From assembly GCF_021869535.1 (NCBI RefSeq), contig NW_026262712.1:79360001-79424000 (forward strand): a stretch of 64,000 nucleotides of DNA. The letters run 5' to 3'. Position 1 is the first letter of the stretch, and the number at the start of each line of letters is the position of its first letter. Origin of the DNA: Mytilus californianus. Taxonomy: Eukaryota. The position numbers and the translations under genes were made by a program. Below, in pieces: positions 25,650 to 40,199 of this stretch. The notes beneath the pieces were generated by a model. That model saw only the letters and a program-made list of their open reading frames with translations, had not been told where the DNA came from and ran no database searches.

Positions 25650-28600
25650 AAAATTAAAAAAAAAACTGTTTTCTGGTTTGCATTACACGTCGACTTTACA
25701 ATTATTAGCATGTCATTAAATATCTTAACAAATCTTCATAGGATTTGTATGTTCTTGCATTACTGTTGGCTACATGTACTTGTATTTTTTTCTTGTTGAA
25801 TTTGGTCAAATATTGAGAAAATTGTTTTATCTTGGTTCAAACAAGTGTGGCTTGAGTTTTTCAGGAGGTCTTTGGAAACGAAACGGAATTTTTCTTACGG
25901 TTGACTCAAAAGTATATTAACTGAATAGTGTTGACTCTTTTGATCTTCATCTGGTATTTGCGATTCTATATGTACGTTGCCATAAAAAGGATAGAAATTA
26001 TTGTAAGGTTTTTATTATTGTGAATACTGCGACTGAGTGACGATCACAATAATAGTCAGAGCTCGCTTTCTGATATCTAATATATATATACAGCTGTATG
26101 AGGGTATTTTGAAATCGCAATGCTTAAACTCGCATTTCGGTCCATCCTTCAATAATAAATGCACGCAATGTTTGTTTTTTTTTTCTTTCTGAATTTACAG
26201 TATCAAAAACAAAACTAGTCCTTGTACAAAAGTAATTTCTATTTGGTGATTTGTATATACTTGGACGTTCCGTCTCAGTAATGGTTTAATTACAGGTAGA
26301 ATTTTGAATATTCTCTGTCTTGCTTTTATTAGATTGAGGTCCATGAACACATACAGCAGTTTTGCTTGACGTTGACTCAAGAGAAAGTTGACTGTTTATA
26401 AGTGCTCTTACGTCAGACTTGATTTTTCTTGAAAGCTGAATTTTCAAGGTACCTTTAACAGGTACTTGAGATTTCAAGTTCCTCTAAAAACTACTTTACT
26501 TTGTCTAGAAGAATATTTGTTTCTATATGGCGAATTGTCATTACATGGTAGTTAAGTCGCAGTAATTTTTTTGTTATTAGACCAATCTTGAATAACATGA
26601 ATAACCTCCGTCCTACTTTTATAAACATAAGGTTTTTTGACAAAAAACATGGTTTAGCTAAGTGATGACACGCAAAAAGACTGATTGCATAATATTAACT
26701 ACAGAATTTCGGGCACTCAAGATTCAGATTTATTCGAATAAGGATTTTCACAGAAAAGATCAAACTTTGTAAACATTTAGTCACAAGTAGTATATGATGG
26801 TTTGTACATATGTACATGTATGTACTTAGAGGAATTTTGATAAATAATCGTCTTACTTTGATCAACAAAGTTCCTTGGACACGTAACGAAGTTTTTTCTT
26901 AAGGTTGAGTCGGAAGAAGATTTATATCTTAGTATTGTCTCGTATTCGGCAGCTGATCGTTTTATACTTGAACGGTGAATTTGTTTGTCGGATACTGGAG
27001 ATTTGCAGTTGCTTGTACTAAGTCAGGAATATGACAGTTGTTTTTAATTCGGCTTATGTGTTTAAGCTTTTGATATTGCCATTTGATAATGGATTTTCCA
27101 ATTTGAATTTTCCTTGGAGTTCAGTAATTTTGTTATATTACTTTTTTGCCCGAAAAAGTACATTGGATACAAATGTATCAGGCATTGCAGAAATGTAAAC
27201 ACTATGCATAAGTTGTCCAATGGTTTTACCCTGATGTTGAGCCTCGGTACATGTAACGTATTTGTTTCTATAGAATTCTTGATTAATATTCATCCTACTT
27301 TGATTAGCAAGATTTCCTTGGACAAGTAACGATGTTCTTCTTAAGGATCATTCTAGAAAAGATTTTTCTTCGTGTTGACTTTTCTTTAGCGATTGATTTT
27401 TTTTTATACTTGAACGCTGAATTTCTTTATACTAGAGATTTAAAGATATATAAAACGAATCGACAGGAATCTGTTAAGTCAGCATAGGAAGAATAAGCAA
27501 AACAAACTGATACCTTTACCTATCGAATCGAACCATCCACAAAACTCAAAATACCAGTAAAATCAATAGATCAGTGCAACAAACCACATAAGTCTTCTGT
27601 TCCAAAGTAAGATCTCCACCCCTACCCACAACGATGTCATAAAACTAATCATATATACATCATTGTTTTACCTAACTCCAAAAAAATAAGCACCAATATT
27701 AGTCAGGACCATTGACAGGCACCCAGGACTAAATTTAAAGAAAATACCATTAAATATGGTGGTGAACAAATCAATTCCAAATATCTGAGAGACATTGGCA
27801 GACCCTAATTTTATTATATGCTTGCAAGAGTAATGGTTATTTGAATACAAAACAAATTCTTTTTAAACATTTTCCATTACATATTTTTTACACTTTATCA
27901 CAATAACACATCCGTACCAAATTGTGAAGCACACCGAGGTCAGGCAAGTATGGCCAACATATGGCCAAACTTATAGATGGGAATTCACAAAATATTACTA
28001 TACAAGTAAAAATAGAAAACCATACAGTATTTTACATAAACACCCACACGCCAACGTGGCCAAAATTCACAAAACAGTTGTAGAGAAATAGATATAGACA
28101 TAGTGTCACACAGAAATATTGATAACACTGATATTCTCTGTGGTGACTTAAACATGTTAAACGGACATATAACCGAATAGTAAAACCCTATGATATACTC
28201 CCAATAACCTTCCAAACTCAAAATAAATAGATTAATAAAGACAATCATTTGGTAAACGACACTTTCTCTCACCACAACGAGCTATAATTATCTCGAATAG
28301 ATTACATACTGACACAATGAATATTTAACAAAATTAAAAGCTTTTCTTAAAAAAAACACTAATCAGATTTAACGTTTATTGAACTGGTTGGAAATTAAAT
28401 GGATTGTCCTAAAATAAGCAAACATTTGTGCTATACCAGAACAATTACGCTGAACAGTGCCAAGCTCAATGTTTCGGCGGAATCCGAAAAAATCTACTAA
28501 GCATTAGGCAACAAACACATACGATTTGGGACATAGTTTGACAAAAAAGGTTCAGATAACTCTTCCAAACAACTTAAGGTTAATATATTTTGGAACGAAA

Positions 28601-31600
28601 GAGAAACCATAAAGAGGAAAATTTCGACAATCAACTCGAACAGAAACCTCCATAAAAAGACTTGTTTTAACATATAAAATGAAAATTTGCCTGTAACACA
28701 CATTTAGTAACTCTGGTTTATATCACGAAGATTGAGACGTCACATGTTCAGACAAATAAAGAGGAGTTCTTGCAGATCATTAAAAAAAACCTAGCCAACC
28801 CCAAAAACCAAAATTAGTGTAATGAGGATAATATTCACATGTGCCAGCTTTGTTGCGATATATCTAACGACCTGTCGGGAAATTACTACGAAATTTTTTT
28901 TTTAAATCTATTCAAAATCTGAATTTGGGAAAAGCAGGAGACGAATATGGGATATAAGCCGAACATTTGAAATTATCACTTATCGTTCAAATGTATTTAG
29001 AAAGAAAAACCAGCGAACAATTCAAGTCTGGTATAAAAACACCAGTCTTTAAAAATAGCAAAGACGACAGCATATTGGAATGAATGTTTGAATTCAAACA
29101 TTTTCTTATAATATCTATAGAAACTACATTTCACCTCACTTACTTTTCAGCCTTGAGGTTTTACCTCTTACAACTGGCCTAATCAATGCTTTGTGTAAAT
29201 TCCACTTATCCGTTTTAATAGTTATCAAAGGTACGAGGCTAATAATTTAATATGCCAGAACGCGCGTTTCGTCTACATAAGACTCATCGGTGACGCTCAG
29301 ATCAAAATAGTTAGAGAGACAAACAAGTACAAAATTAAAGAGCATTGAGGACCCAATGCTATTTAAGTTATTTCAACAAGAACAGCGTCAATAGCAGTAT
29401 ACTCCCTAATTAGCGACATCCCTATACATGTAGTAGCAGAGTTTCATGATAAACAATAACGCCTTCTACACTCAATTCGTGCTTTAAAAAATCAAACTAT
29501 AAGTGCGCCAGTACCAAATACAAATAAGCAATGGAACGTTGCTCCACAGAACTGAAATATCCTTCGTCAATATAGTCTAGTCTCCCAACAAAAGTAAAAT
29601 GGAAACAGATTGTTAGATCTGCTATAAGTTTTAGATCAATACATTTAGGTCACTTAGTACAGAGAAATCAACCCTAAATCAGCTATGTATTGGCAATATC
29701 AGTGATTGAGAAATATATCCAGTTTGGAAAACTGCAACAGAAAATCAAGGGGAAATAATGAAATCTACTAGTATAACAAAACTAGGATACTTACCAGAAC
29801 ATACTTCTTACAAGCAAATAAAGCAATACATATATTTAACATAGGCAGTACAGATCCACTTCGCCCGTTATGCAAACTCGAGGAAGAAAAACTCCAACAT
29901 TTTCGAAATAGATGCCCAACTCTGGAAGGGGTTTGAATGACCTTTCCCTATTAATACAGGCTTTATTTAATTAAATTGGAATTGAACAATTGAAAACAAA
30001 TTTTCAGAATAGTTACTCCTTGGGCCAATTTATTGTTAAATTCAGAAAACTACTTGGCTCTATACTGCCAAAAAAGATAGTTTCCTGAATACTCTTCAAT
30101 CGGTTTCTAGGAGCTGTTATAAATTATATCATCAGGGGTTAACTCAGCTAAACGCTCGAACATTACAAATATTATCATTCATTGCATATGGATTTGAATG
30201 TTAATCAATACTTTTCAGAGTACAAACAAGTTGTGCATATAAAATACAGTTAGATGTGTACACGAAAGAAATAGTTGTATTTTGGTATAGTGAAGTTGAA
30301 TTATTATACAGGCAGTTGATATATAGACAGCACTAAGCTGATGTACGTAATTGAAAGAGTCCTCCATATATGGTGCGTCATACCACGGTTGACTATCGCC
30401 ATAAAGTTTATTAGTAATGTTTTCAGATTTCAGACCTTTAGAAACTTTTAGAAGCGTACAACTTAGTAATATAGTGTATTTCTTTTGATATCTTCCATGT
30501 AATACAAGCCCATTATATTATTAGAAAGTGCGTCTTAAACTGTAATAATTCAATAGTTAGTTTAGCTATTTTTGTCCCTGTAATATAAGCCCACTGAAAA
30601 AATCCAGAAATTGCCGTGCTCCTAACCACAAAAGGAAGTTACAAAAAGAAGCAGAAGAAGATTCACAGATGTCCAAACAATCATTGTCACATCGAACATC
30701 AGTCTTAGCAGAAATTTCATCACTATATGATGATTTGTTTGTACTTGTATATTGAAACACGGTACCTGTGTTGTTACAGACGGAATAATAATTAACTTTC
30801 GACGTTTTTTGTTTAATAACAGGTCCTTGGACATAACAAAGTGTTTTTATTGCTGGCCTCGAAAGAAGATTTACTTCTTAGTGATGACTCCTCTTCATCT
30901 ATTGATCTTTTTAGGCTTGAATGTAGAATTTTATTTCTATGTTGGGTATTATAGATTCACTGTTGCTCCAAATAGCATTATCACACAACAAGTCAGGCTT
31001 GTCAGAATTATTTTTACTGTATACTAGTTTGTATGTACTTGGATGTTGAGCCTCGGTGACTGGTTTGTTACAGAAGGAAGATCGATTAACACTCGTTCTA
31101 TCTTGTTTAATAATGGGACCTTGTACACGTAACAAAGTGTTTATTTTTGCTCGACTCGAAAGAAGATTTACTTCTTATTGATGGCTCCTCTTCAAATGAT
31201 GATCTTTTTATACTTTTTCGTCGGTGTAATATCAGCCCAATGAAAAAATCAAGCAATTTATGTGCTCTTAGCCACAAGAGGAAGTTACAGAAAGAAGAAG
31301 AAGATGCTCTACAGATGCCCAAAATCATTTTCACATAGAACATCAGGCATAGCAGAAATACAACCACTATATGAAGATTTGTATGTACTTGTAAGTTGAG
31401 CCTTGGTAAAAGTGTTGTTACAGCAGGAATTTTGATTAAAATTCGGTCTATTTTGATTAATAAAAGGTCCTTGGACCAGTAAAGAAGTTTATATATTTCT
31501 TGACTCAAAAGAAGATGTACTTCCTCTTGTTGGATCTTCTTTAGCTGTTGATCTTTTTATACTTGAATGCGACATTACTTGGTCGGATACTGGAGAATCC

Positions 31601-32373
31601 CTACTGCTCGATGATGTGTGTATATTTGGACTGTAGAAATCTTGAGTAACATTTGTCTTATTTTGATATACAGTAGGTCCTTGGACACGTAACAAAGATT
31701 CTATATATTTTGAATCGAAAGAAGATTTCGTATGTTTTGATGACTTTTCATCAACTTTTGTTGTTTTTATACTTGGAAGCTGAATTTTTTCTCAATACTG
31801 GAGTTTCGCTGTTGACCGAAAAAGAATTATCACACCAGACATCAGGCGTTGCAGAATTGTAATTGTTATATGATGATTTAAATGTACTTGGATAGTGAGC
31901 CCCGTTACAGAAAGAATTTTTAATAACATTCGTCCTACTTTCATTAGCATGAATTACATGTGAACGTAATGCAAATTTTTCTGTATTTTCTTTTTTATCC
32001 TGATTTGTTTGGTTTCCATGTTTCCATGTTTTCCATGTTATACCTCCGGGGTCTCCAGATCCTCGAATCTTCATCAAAATTCCGCCATTATTCGTTGTAA
32101 ATTTTATCGTGTAACATGATTAACTTCGATTGTATGTACAAATCCCAATTCTTCGGCTTTTTGAAATATCAAAAGTCGCCGATTGTCAGCTGTGTAAAAC
32201 TTTTTATTTTTAATTACAACCGTAATATTTGGAATGTCCTTCAGTAAAATATGTTCAGTTAGCAATTCATCTAACGTTTCCCCCATCAATTTTGATCTGC
32301 AGGATGATTGTTCGCATCATTTGTTTGAAATAGAGTCCTGTGAAAAGAATATTTCCGATGGTCTTAACTTCAT
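25650..32373 (-). pseudogene. Copy C: disabled paralogue, repeat region interrupted by insertions
   Basis: ATG at 32373 gives MKLRPSEIFFSQDSISNK*(TGA at the W position)...GETLDELLTEHILLKDIPNITVVIKNKKFYTADNRRLLIFQKAEELGF...TR*, then RGSGDPGG and an 8-nt duplication (catggaaa) frameshift. Repeat remnants lie at 30570-31950 and 25860-27450, and the tail at 25650-25860. Confidence 0.8.
27460..30500 (+). mobile_element. Heavily degraded L1/Tx1-like LINE remnant inserted in copy C
   Basis: Plus-strand motif relics in the expected order: SRIDYIL (~28291), GWKLN (~28385), IWDIV (~28523) and LCKLEEEKLQHF..RCP (~29870). No long ORF. Confidence 0.5.
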
Positions 32374-33750
32374 TATTCCCGAATACGACGACTTCATAAA
32401 ACATCCTTCTTACATCCTTTCACAAAAATCCTTTCATTTTCCTATCACAACAGCTAAATTTAGTTGCACATTCAAGGGATATTTTGAGTTATAATAAAAC
32501 GTTTCTGAAAACTTAAAGATTTGAATTTTCGAATAATCAAATATCGAATATCCCATACAAATTACCAATGTTATCATAAAAACTTGTCATATAATTGAGA
32601 TTAAAACTATATCCTGAAAATATTCTACTTTCAATATGACTTCACGTGAAGAATTGCTTCCCTTACATTTGTGATTTGTTTGTAAACGAAGAGGTACTTT
32701 TAGTTTCCCTGCGAATGACATGTTTCTATTGAATTAGATTCTCGTTGATACCTTGAATTTCAAAATCAGATAGTATTATTTTATCTATCATATCAAATAA
32801 CATCTCGATTTCATAGCATAGTATATTATATATAAATTAAATATAATAGAATATAATAGAATATAATATAAATAAGTCCATTAAATATCAACCCAACGAT
32901 ACAAAAAGAAGATGATAAAAAACAAATAGAGGTCAATTTGTGGCATTCAATAATAGAAAGGTCAATATATATTACTATTGTTAGCCATTCGTTTGATGTG
33001 TTTGAGCTTTTGATTTTGCCATTTAATTAGGGACTTCCTTTTGTATTTTCCTCGGCGTTCAGTATTTTTGTGATTTTACTTTTTACTAGTATTCCAACAG
33101 ATACTCTCCTTCATCTGCTCTGGGTACTGTTATACACCCAATAAACGTAACGTTTCAATGTATAATAGATACGTTGATGATACGAAGTGATTTTGTAAGT
33201 CTTTCAAGAAGGGGTCATGAAATAGTACAAAGATAATTTGTGTTTTTTTTATTTATCCTTGTAGTAAGACTTGTTTGTGAACATTATTCATCGTTTTCCA
33301 GTAATTCACCTATTGATAACTTACTCAATGAAATTATTATTGCAATGTTTTCAGAAAATTGGTCTAAATATAACTTACTTAAGGTAATATTTGAATCGTA
33401 ACATAGATTGATACTCGACACTAAATATTTACGACCTGGTTATCTTCTTAAACAAATATATTAGAAATAACAAAAATACAAATCGAAGTTCAGATATCTT
33501 AAAATTTAGTACAGGAACTTGAATATATTCTAAATATGTCTTCCGTGTATCATCATTACCTATGGAATAAGATACCTTTAAATATAAGACAATGCGGTTT
33601 ACCTTATCTTTGATTAAACAACACATATGTTTGTAAACAAAATCAGGACCAATTTTCCATGCATTATAACGTTTGATCTCCCTCAATTTCAATTTCTATT
33701 TTAAATGAATTACTAGATACAGTAAACCGTCGTTATTTGAATAGAGTTGA

Positions 33751-36700
33751 TTCAATTCAATTCAATTCAATTCTTTATTAACCAAATGTTTTACAACATA
33801 TAGGTACATGTATAATCAATATATACTAAATATAGATTACAAAAATATACGATCATGACAAAACAGACAGAAGTATTAAATACACAAAACATAAATACAT
33901 ATAAATACAATTCCAAAAAGCAAATATATGTAACAAATGAATTACAAATCAACTTACTGAAAACAGTCATTTCTGAGCTTCAGTGCTCTAAATATATATT
34001 TTCCTAAGTTGCACAAGTCTTTTACATTAGTAGTGCTTAATAATTGTAAAAGTTTATGAACAGATGGCTTACGCCAATAATATGGTTTTATCAAACATTC
34101 ACGCAAATTTGAATATAAAGGACATGATAAAATAAAATGCATTTCATCCTCAATATCATTAATACACAATGAACAGGTTCTAAGGTTTCTTTTTACATTA
34201 GAATACCTTCCCTTCTCTATAGCTAGATTATGTGATGACAATCTAAATATAACAATACACTTTTTGTAAATTTCGGGTATTGGTTTACATAAATATGACT
34301 GCAAAGAAAAATTGGATATCATATATCTATACAAAAAACATGTTGATGAACTATCTAAAGTAGCATCAAACTCTTGTTTGACAATATCGCATAGTCTCTG
34401 TTTAATAACCATGATATGATCTTTACATAAAGAATTTTGTGAATACCACAAATCATTTAAACCAAGGTGGAACAATTCCTTTCGTATATTACAAACCAAG
34501 TTATTTTTGTCCTTTGGATTCTTCAAACACATATCATATAAATAATTGTAACAACCAAGTAATATACAATTGTTATCATTCAATACCTTAATCCAATATT
34601 TAAATATACGCAATTTCCTGGTTACTTACATTGGAAATCTGCCAAGTTCATAATAAACCATGACATTCGGTGTACTTGTTTTAACATTCAAAATTCTTTT
34701 ACAAAAATCAATATGTATTTCTTCTATGTCTTGAGTTTTATGGAAGCCCCATATTTCAGAACCATAACATAGAATACTACTCACATATGTATCAAATAAT
34801 GACAATAACGTGGCAAAATTAAATGAAATTGTCTAATATTACTAAATAAACAAAACATAGCTTTTCTACCTTGTTCTGCAACTTTTTTTTGTGCAACAGC
34901 AAATTTTCCATTAAAATTTAGATAAGTAAATTTGTTAACAATATCTATTTGTACATCATCATAAAACCATTTATCTTCTTCCTTTACTAATCCACCATTT
35001 CTAAAAATTACAATTTGGTTTTATCAATATTAACCGTTAATTTCCATTTCTTAGTATAAATATACATTGCATTGAACATCTCTTGCAAACCATCTTTGGT
35101 TTCCGAAAAAATGATCATGTCATCTGCATACATTAATAAAAATAAACTTGATTCTTTCAACTCTACAGCTTTACAATTATTGTTTATAAACTCCATCTCA
35201 AAGTCATTAACATATAAAGCAAACAAAAGGCGACAATACCTCCCTTGTATTAAACCAACATTATTTTTGAAAAAAGTCTGTGTAAAACCCATTTATTGTA
35301 ACACATGATTTGACATTTAAATACATAGACTTAATAACTGACAGTCATTTTCCTTGTATACCAATTTTAGACAATTTAAATCATAAATTCATTCGATCAA
35401 TAGTGTCAAAAGCTTTTGTATAATCAACAAAACAGCAATAAAGTTTCTTCTTTTCTGACAGTGTTTTTGAAATAATACATTTTAGAAAAAAAATTGCATC
35501 AACAGTAGAAAGTCCGTTTTCTAAATCCGAATTGAGCATCAGTTATTGTATCATACGTGTTTGCCCATGCAATTAGTCTATTGTTTATAATGTTTGTGAA
35601 AAGTTTGGCTAAGCAACTGACTAGGCTTATGCCTCGAAAGTTATTCGGTTCACTTTGGTCGCCGCGTTTGAAGACTGGTACCATAACTGCAATAGACCAT
35701 GATTCTAGAAAAAGTTCAGAAACTAATATACCATTATAAAGTTTATTGAACACTGGTATCAACATATCCTTGGATTCGATGAAATATTCATTCAACAATC
35801 CATCAATACCATGGCTCTTACTTCTCTTTAAACTAGATATAGCACATACAATTTCTGTATTGGTGATAACACAATCTTATTCCTCATAAACCGGTATTTT
35901 ATCATTTCTTGAATTTCCATTTCTGAATTAATTTCGGACGCTTTTCTTTTAAAATGATAAAAAAATTCCTTTCCTGTAGCTTTAGGTTTAACTTTACGCT
36001 TAGATGAAAATTTTAAATAGAATAATTTAGGATTTTGTCGCTTTAAGCTTTCTAACATATTTCCGCATGCTTTTTATAATTCCGTTTCAGTTTTGCTTCA
36101 AGTAATTTATAATTTCGTTTTGCTGTTACTAAGTTCAGATGATGTGTACTACACTTGCTATGATTAAACACATTAAGACATTTTTTATATTGATTATACA
36201 GACGTTTACATTCATCGTTAAACCATGGTTTGTCTTCAATCGTAGGAATAATTCTGTCATGTTTCTTCCGAGACGTACTCCCTTGTGGCTTAACTTTAAA
36301 GTATGGCGATATAATTCCATTTAAAAATTCACTGAAGTCGAAAACGGTTTTATCTATGCCATCCTGTGATTCCAAATTTAAATTTTCACACAAAGAGTTC
36401 AGATTGTCAATATTATTAGACAGTGCTTCTTTACATTGAGATTTGTATTCATCCCTCCATTTAAAAGTTTTCCTTTCAACTCCATTATCAAGTTCACAAT
36501 CAGTAATTAATTTATCCGTAAAATTCACATTCCTAATTTTTATTTCAAGGTGCAAACTTGCGTGATCAGAAAATTGCGTAAAACTTGATACAATAAATGT
36601 GTCAATAATGCTGAATAAATCAACAGTTGTTAAGAAATAATCAATAACTGAAAATGACTTTGGGCCGCAATATGTGTAGTCATTTGATAATCCATCTTTA

Positions 36701-38205
36701 TGACGACCATTTAATATCCTCAATCCTGTCGATTTACATAATTTTATTAGTTTCGAACCATAATAATTAAATATAGTATCTGGATTTATGCGTGTAGATT
36801 ACGAAGAGTCATTGCTATAATTGAATAGATTTGGTAGTTGATTTTGTAATGTTATATGGACTGTATCATCTTCAATGAAGTCAGAGACATTTGACGTTCT
36901 GCAATTCAAATCACTAACAAGACTGATTTTTCCTTTAGATGAATATGAAATTATGTTGTCTTCCATTAATCGAAAAATATCACACTCATATAGTGAATGG
37001 TACTTTGAATTAATTGGAGGTATGTAGGCACCACATACATATAAATCCTGATCAAAATCAAATAGCAATTTGTCAATTTTCTAACCACTCGAATGTATCA
37101 GCAATAGATTCAATAAAGGAAATATATGGACTGTATATGGTATTTATCATCACACATAATCCACCCCCTTGCGTACATTTTGATTTATTTCTCGGAATTG
37201 CGTTACACATAAACCCTTCTATGTCGAAAGTAAAATCATTACTTATCCAACATTCCGAAAGTATAACAATATCATAAGTTTGTAAATAACTAACAAAAGC
37301 TTCGTCATCCAGTTTATTTTGCAAACCACCGTTGACATTCCATGCTAGAAATTTAATATTGCTATCTGGTAAGAAAACTTCACGTCTGTCCTAGTTCCCG
37401 TTATCACCACCTTGAGCGCCCCCTTCATCCATAGCCTTGGGCTGTTTTATTAAGTGACTGTGTTTGGTTTTGTCAAAAAGTTCACCATCAATATACAATT
37501 TATCACGTTTAAGTACTGATTTGAGTTTTGCTTGCGTGCTTCTTTGTGTATTGGTAGTAGCTCTTTACGGATTTTCCTAACTTCATGAGGAAAATGTTCA
37601 TTTACTCCGAAAGGTTTCCTCTTTAGGTGTTTAGGGGCTGCAAAATGAATGTCTTGTCGATCATTCCTGTTTTCAAATTTTACAACAATTGGTCTCATTT
37701 TCCCATCACAATTTTTTCCTATTCTGTAAGATTTAACAATAGGAATTTCATGAACGATCTCGAGCTCAGTTCTAACAAAGGCTTTAACTAAGTCATCAGT
37801 TACTTCATCCGTTTGTTCGTCAATACCATTAAAAACTAAGTTTTCGTTCAGCTTTTGACACTGCAGGTCTAGTACAGACTATCTCAAGCGCTCGTTTTCT
37901 GCTTTTATAACATTTAAGCAATCTAAACTAACATTGTCAGATTTAGATTTTTTTTCATTTGCAATTTTCGAAATTTCCGCTTTAAAAACAGTGTTTTTCT
38001 TTTCGACTGAAGCTATTCTCTCGTGCAACATTTTATTTTGGTTTTTTGAGACTGCCATATTGTTTTTGTTTTCTTTCGTAATATCGTTAAGTTTACCGCT
38101 CACAAAAACTGAACTTTTTTCAACATCTCCTAACCGTTTATTAACTGCAACTATATTTCCTTCTAAATTTTGCATTTGGCTGATTAAACGGTTCTCAACT
38201 TAGAC
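33751..38205 (-). mobile_element. Non-LTR retrotransposon (APE endonuclease + RT; RTE-X/CR1-group, clade not resolved), 5'-truncated in ORF1, frameshifted
   Basis: ORF1 fragments (RPIVVKF...FGVNEHFP), endonuclease (FLAWNVNGG...DIVILSECW; SVIDYF; SDH), RT (NFRGISLVSCLAKLF; LLMYADD), C-terminal CSLC...EDEMHFILSCP, and AATAAA plus an (ATTGA)n tail at 33751-33778. Confidence 0.9.
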
Positions 38206-40199
38206 ATGTTAGAGCAAGACAATAACATAAAGTATCTAATTATAATCAATCGAGTTCCATAACTTCTTAACAACAAAACCAAAACAAAAAGTCGCCAATA
38301 AACAACATAAAATCAATGTTTACCATCAGTAACAATATATTGAGATTTGAGAGGCACGATTTTAACGGTTTGTAAGCTTTTTCATGGATCAACAAAAAGT
38401 GCCATTAAATAAGGACCATATAACTGCTGAACGGAAAATGCAAAAATTGTCAATATTGTACCTGACCTCTGTTTTGCAATCAATAAAATTAAATGAAAAT
38501 TTTAAAAGCATACGGAGAAAAATTCATTAATTGTTGCATGACAAAATCTTGAGCCGCTGGCCCTTTAATGCCTTAAAAAAAATGGGGTCAACGATCACTT
38601 TCAACAAACGATGAATGTCTACACAGAATTACAAGCTTTAATCATTCGCAAAACCTAATTTGTGAAATTTTACTTTTCCATTTACCTCTTCTCCTCATGA
38701 CATAGGATACCATTTCGTCTAAATCGTCCATCCTGAGTTAACAAAATTCCATCAGTGTATACGTGTTTCTAATTCAAATGTCATTCGTTTGGGACAATTA
38801 TTTTCATTGGACGTATACTAATATTTTTTTTATTTTTATAATTAATATAAGATTCCACGTTCTACCATTCCGCAACTAAGGAAAAAAACCTATACCCTAT
38901 AGTCAGATATAAATGGTCCCGATATGAAAAATGTGAATCAATGTAAACGAGAAAACTATTATCATAATTCATAGCAATGTGCACAATTAACGAAAAACAT
39001 TTTTGTATGACTGACATGAACCGAAAACATCCACTACAGTAATGGTTCCTAAATTAGGACAGGCGCATAAAAATGCGATGGGCTTTTACATGGTGAGCGC
39101 ACTATCCTCTCTAACCCGGGACAGAAATGCAACAGCATATGATACGAACTGACTGTAAGAATCAGTTACAAATTGTTTATCCTAATGGTCAAAAAACAAA
39201 TAACATATAATCAACAGACACAAGGCACGGATATAAGAGTACTCACAATTACTGTATACTAGTTGTAATTACAACTTACACATCAATCATGTTTAAAGGG
39301 TACTTGCAGTTCCTCAAAGATAATAAAAAAATATACTTTTCAATAGAAAATTAACCAGGAAATTCAGAACAAAATGTAATCAGTATACCTCCAACAGATT
39401 TGTTGTAAACACGTAATGATAAGCTGTTTTTATTAATACTAATTATATTGACTACAACATGTATTATATTAGCTGTTCACGTATGATAGTAGACTGTTGG
39501 TCACTTAAACTTCGTTCTCCTGTGAATTGTATTCTAGAAGAGCCAATTATGTTTAAAATAAAATAACTAATGCGATGTGGTAAGATTCAAATGAAACAGC
39601 TATGAGGCAAAGACCAAAAGGATGTTTTAAATATCTATAAGAATTAGTTTGTTGGTTTAATATAACATAAAATACATGAAAACTGTACCCTGTCATCGTT
39701 ATATCACTTATCTCTCTTTTACATTGTATGTTGAACACTGTAGAAAATATTAAAAAAGAGGGGCGAAAGATACCAGAGGGACAGTCAAACTCATAGATCG
39801 AAAATAACTGAAAACGCCATGGCTAAAAAAGAAAAAGACAAACAGGCAAATAACAGACCACAATACACAACATAGAAAACTAAAAACTAAGCAACACGAA
39901 TCCCACAAAAAGCTGGGGTTGATCTCATGTGCTCCGGAAGGTTAAGCAGATCCTGCTCCACATGTGGCACCCGTCGTGTTGCTCATGACGGGTGCCACAT
40001 GTGGCACTTCTAGCTGTCATTAGCTGTCATTTTTTGCAAGGGAAAGCACTCAACTATGGAATTATCTTGATCATTCTGTATGACGTTAGATCTTTCTCGT
40101 AAAAATCAACATTTCCAGAGTGTAAAGTAATGTTTCCCGTACAGCAAACACCAATAAAAATGCCCTAGCCAAATGCTTTAAAATTCTTGTTTGACAAAC

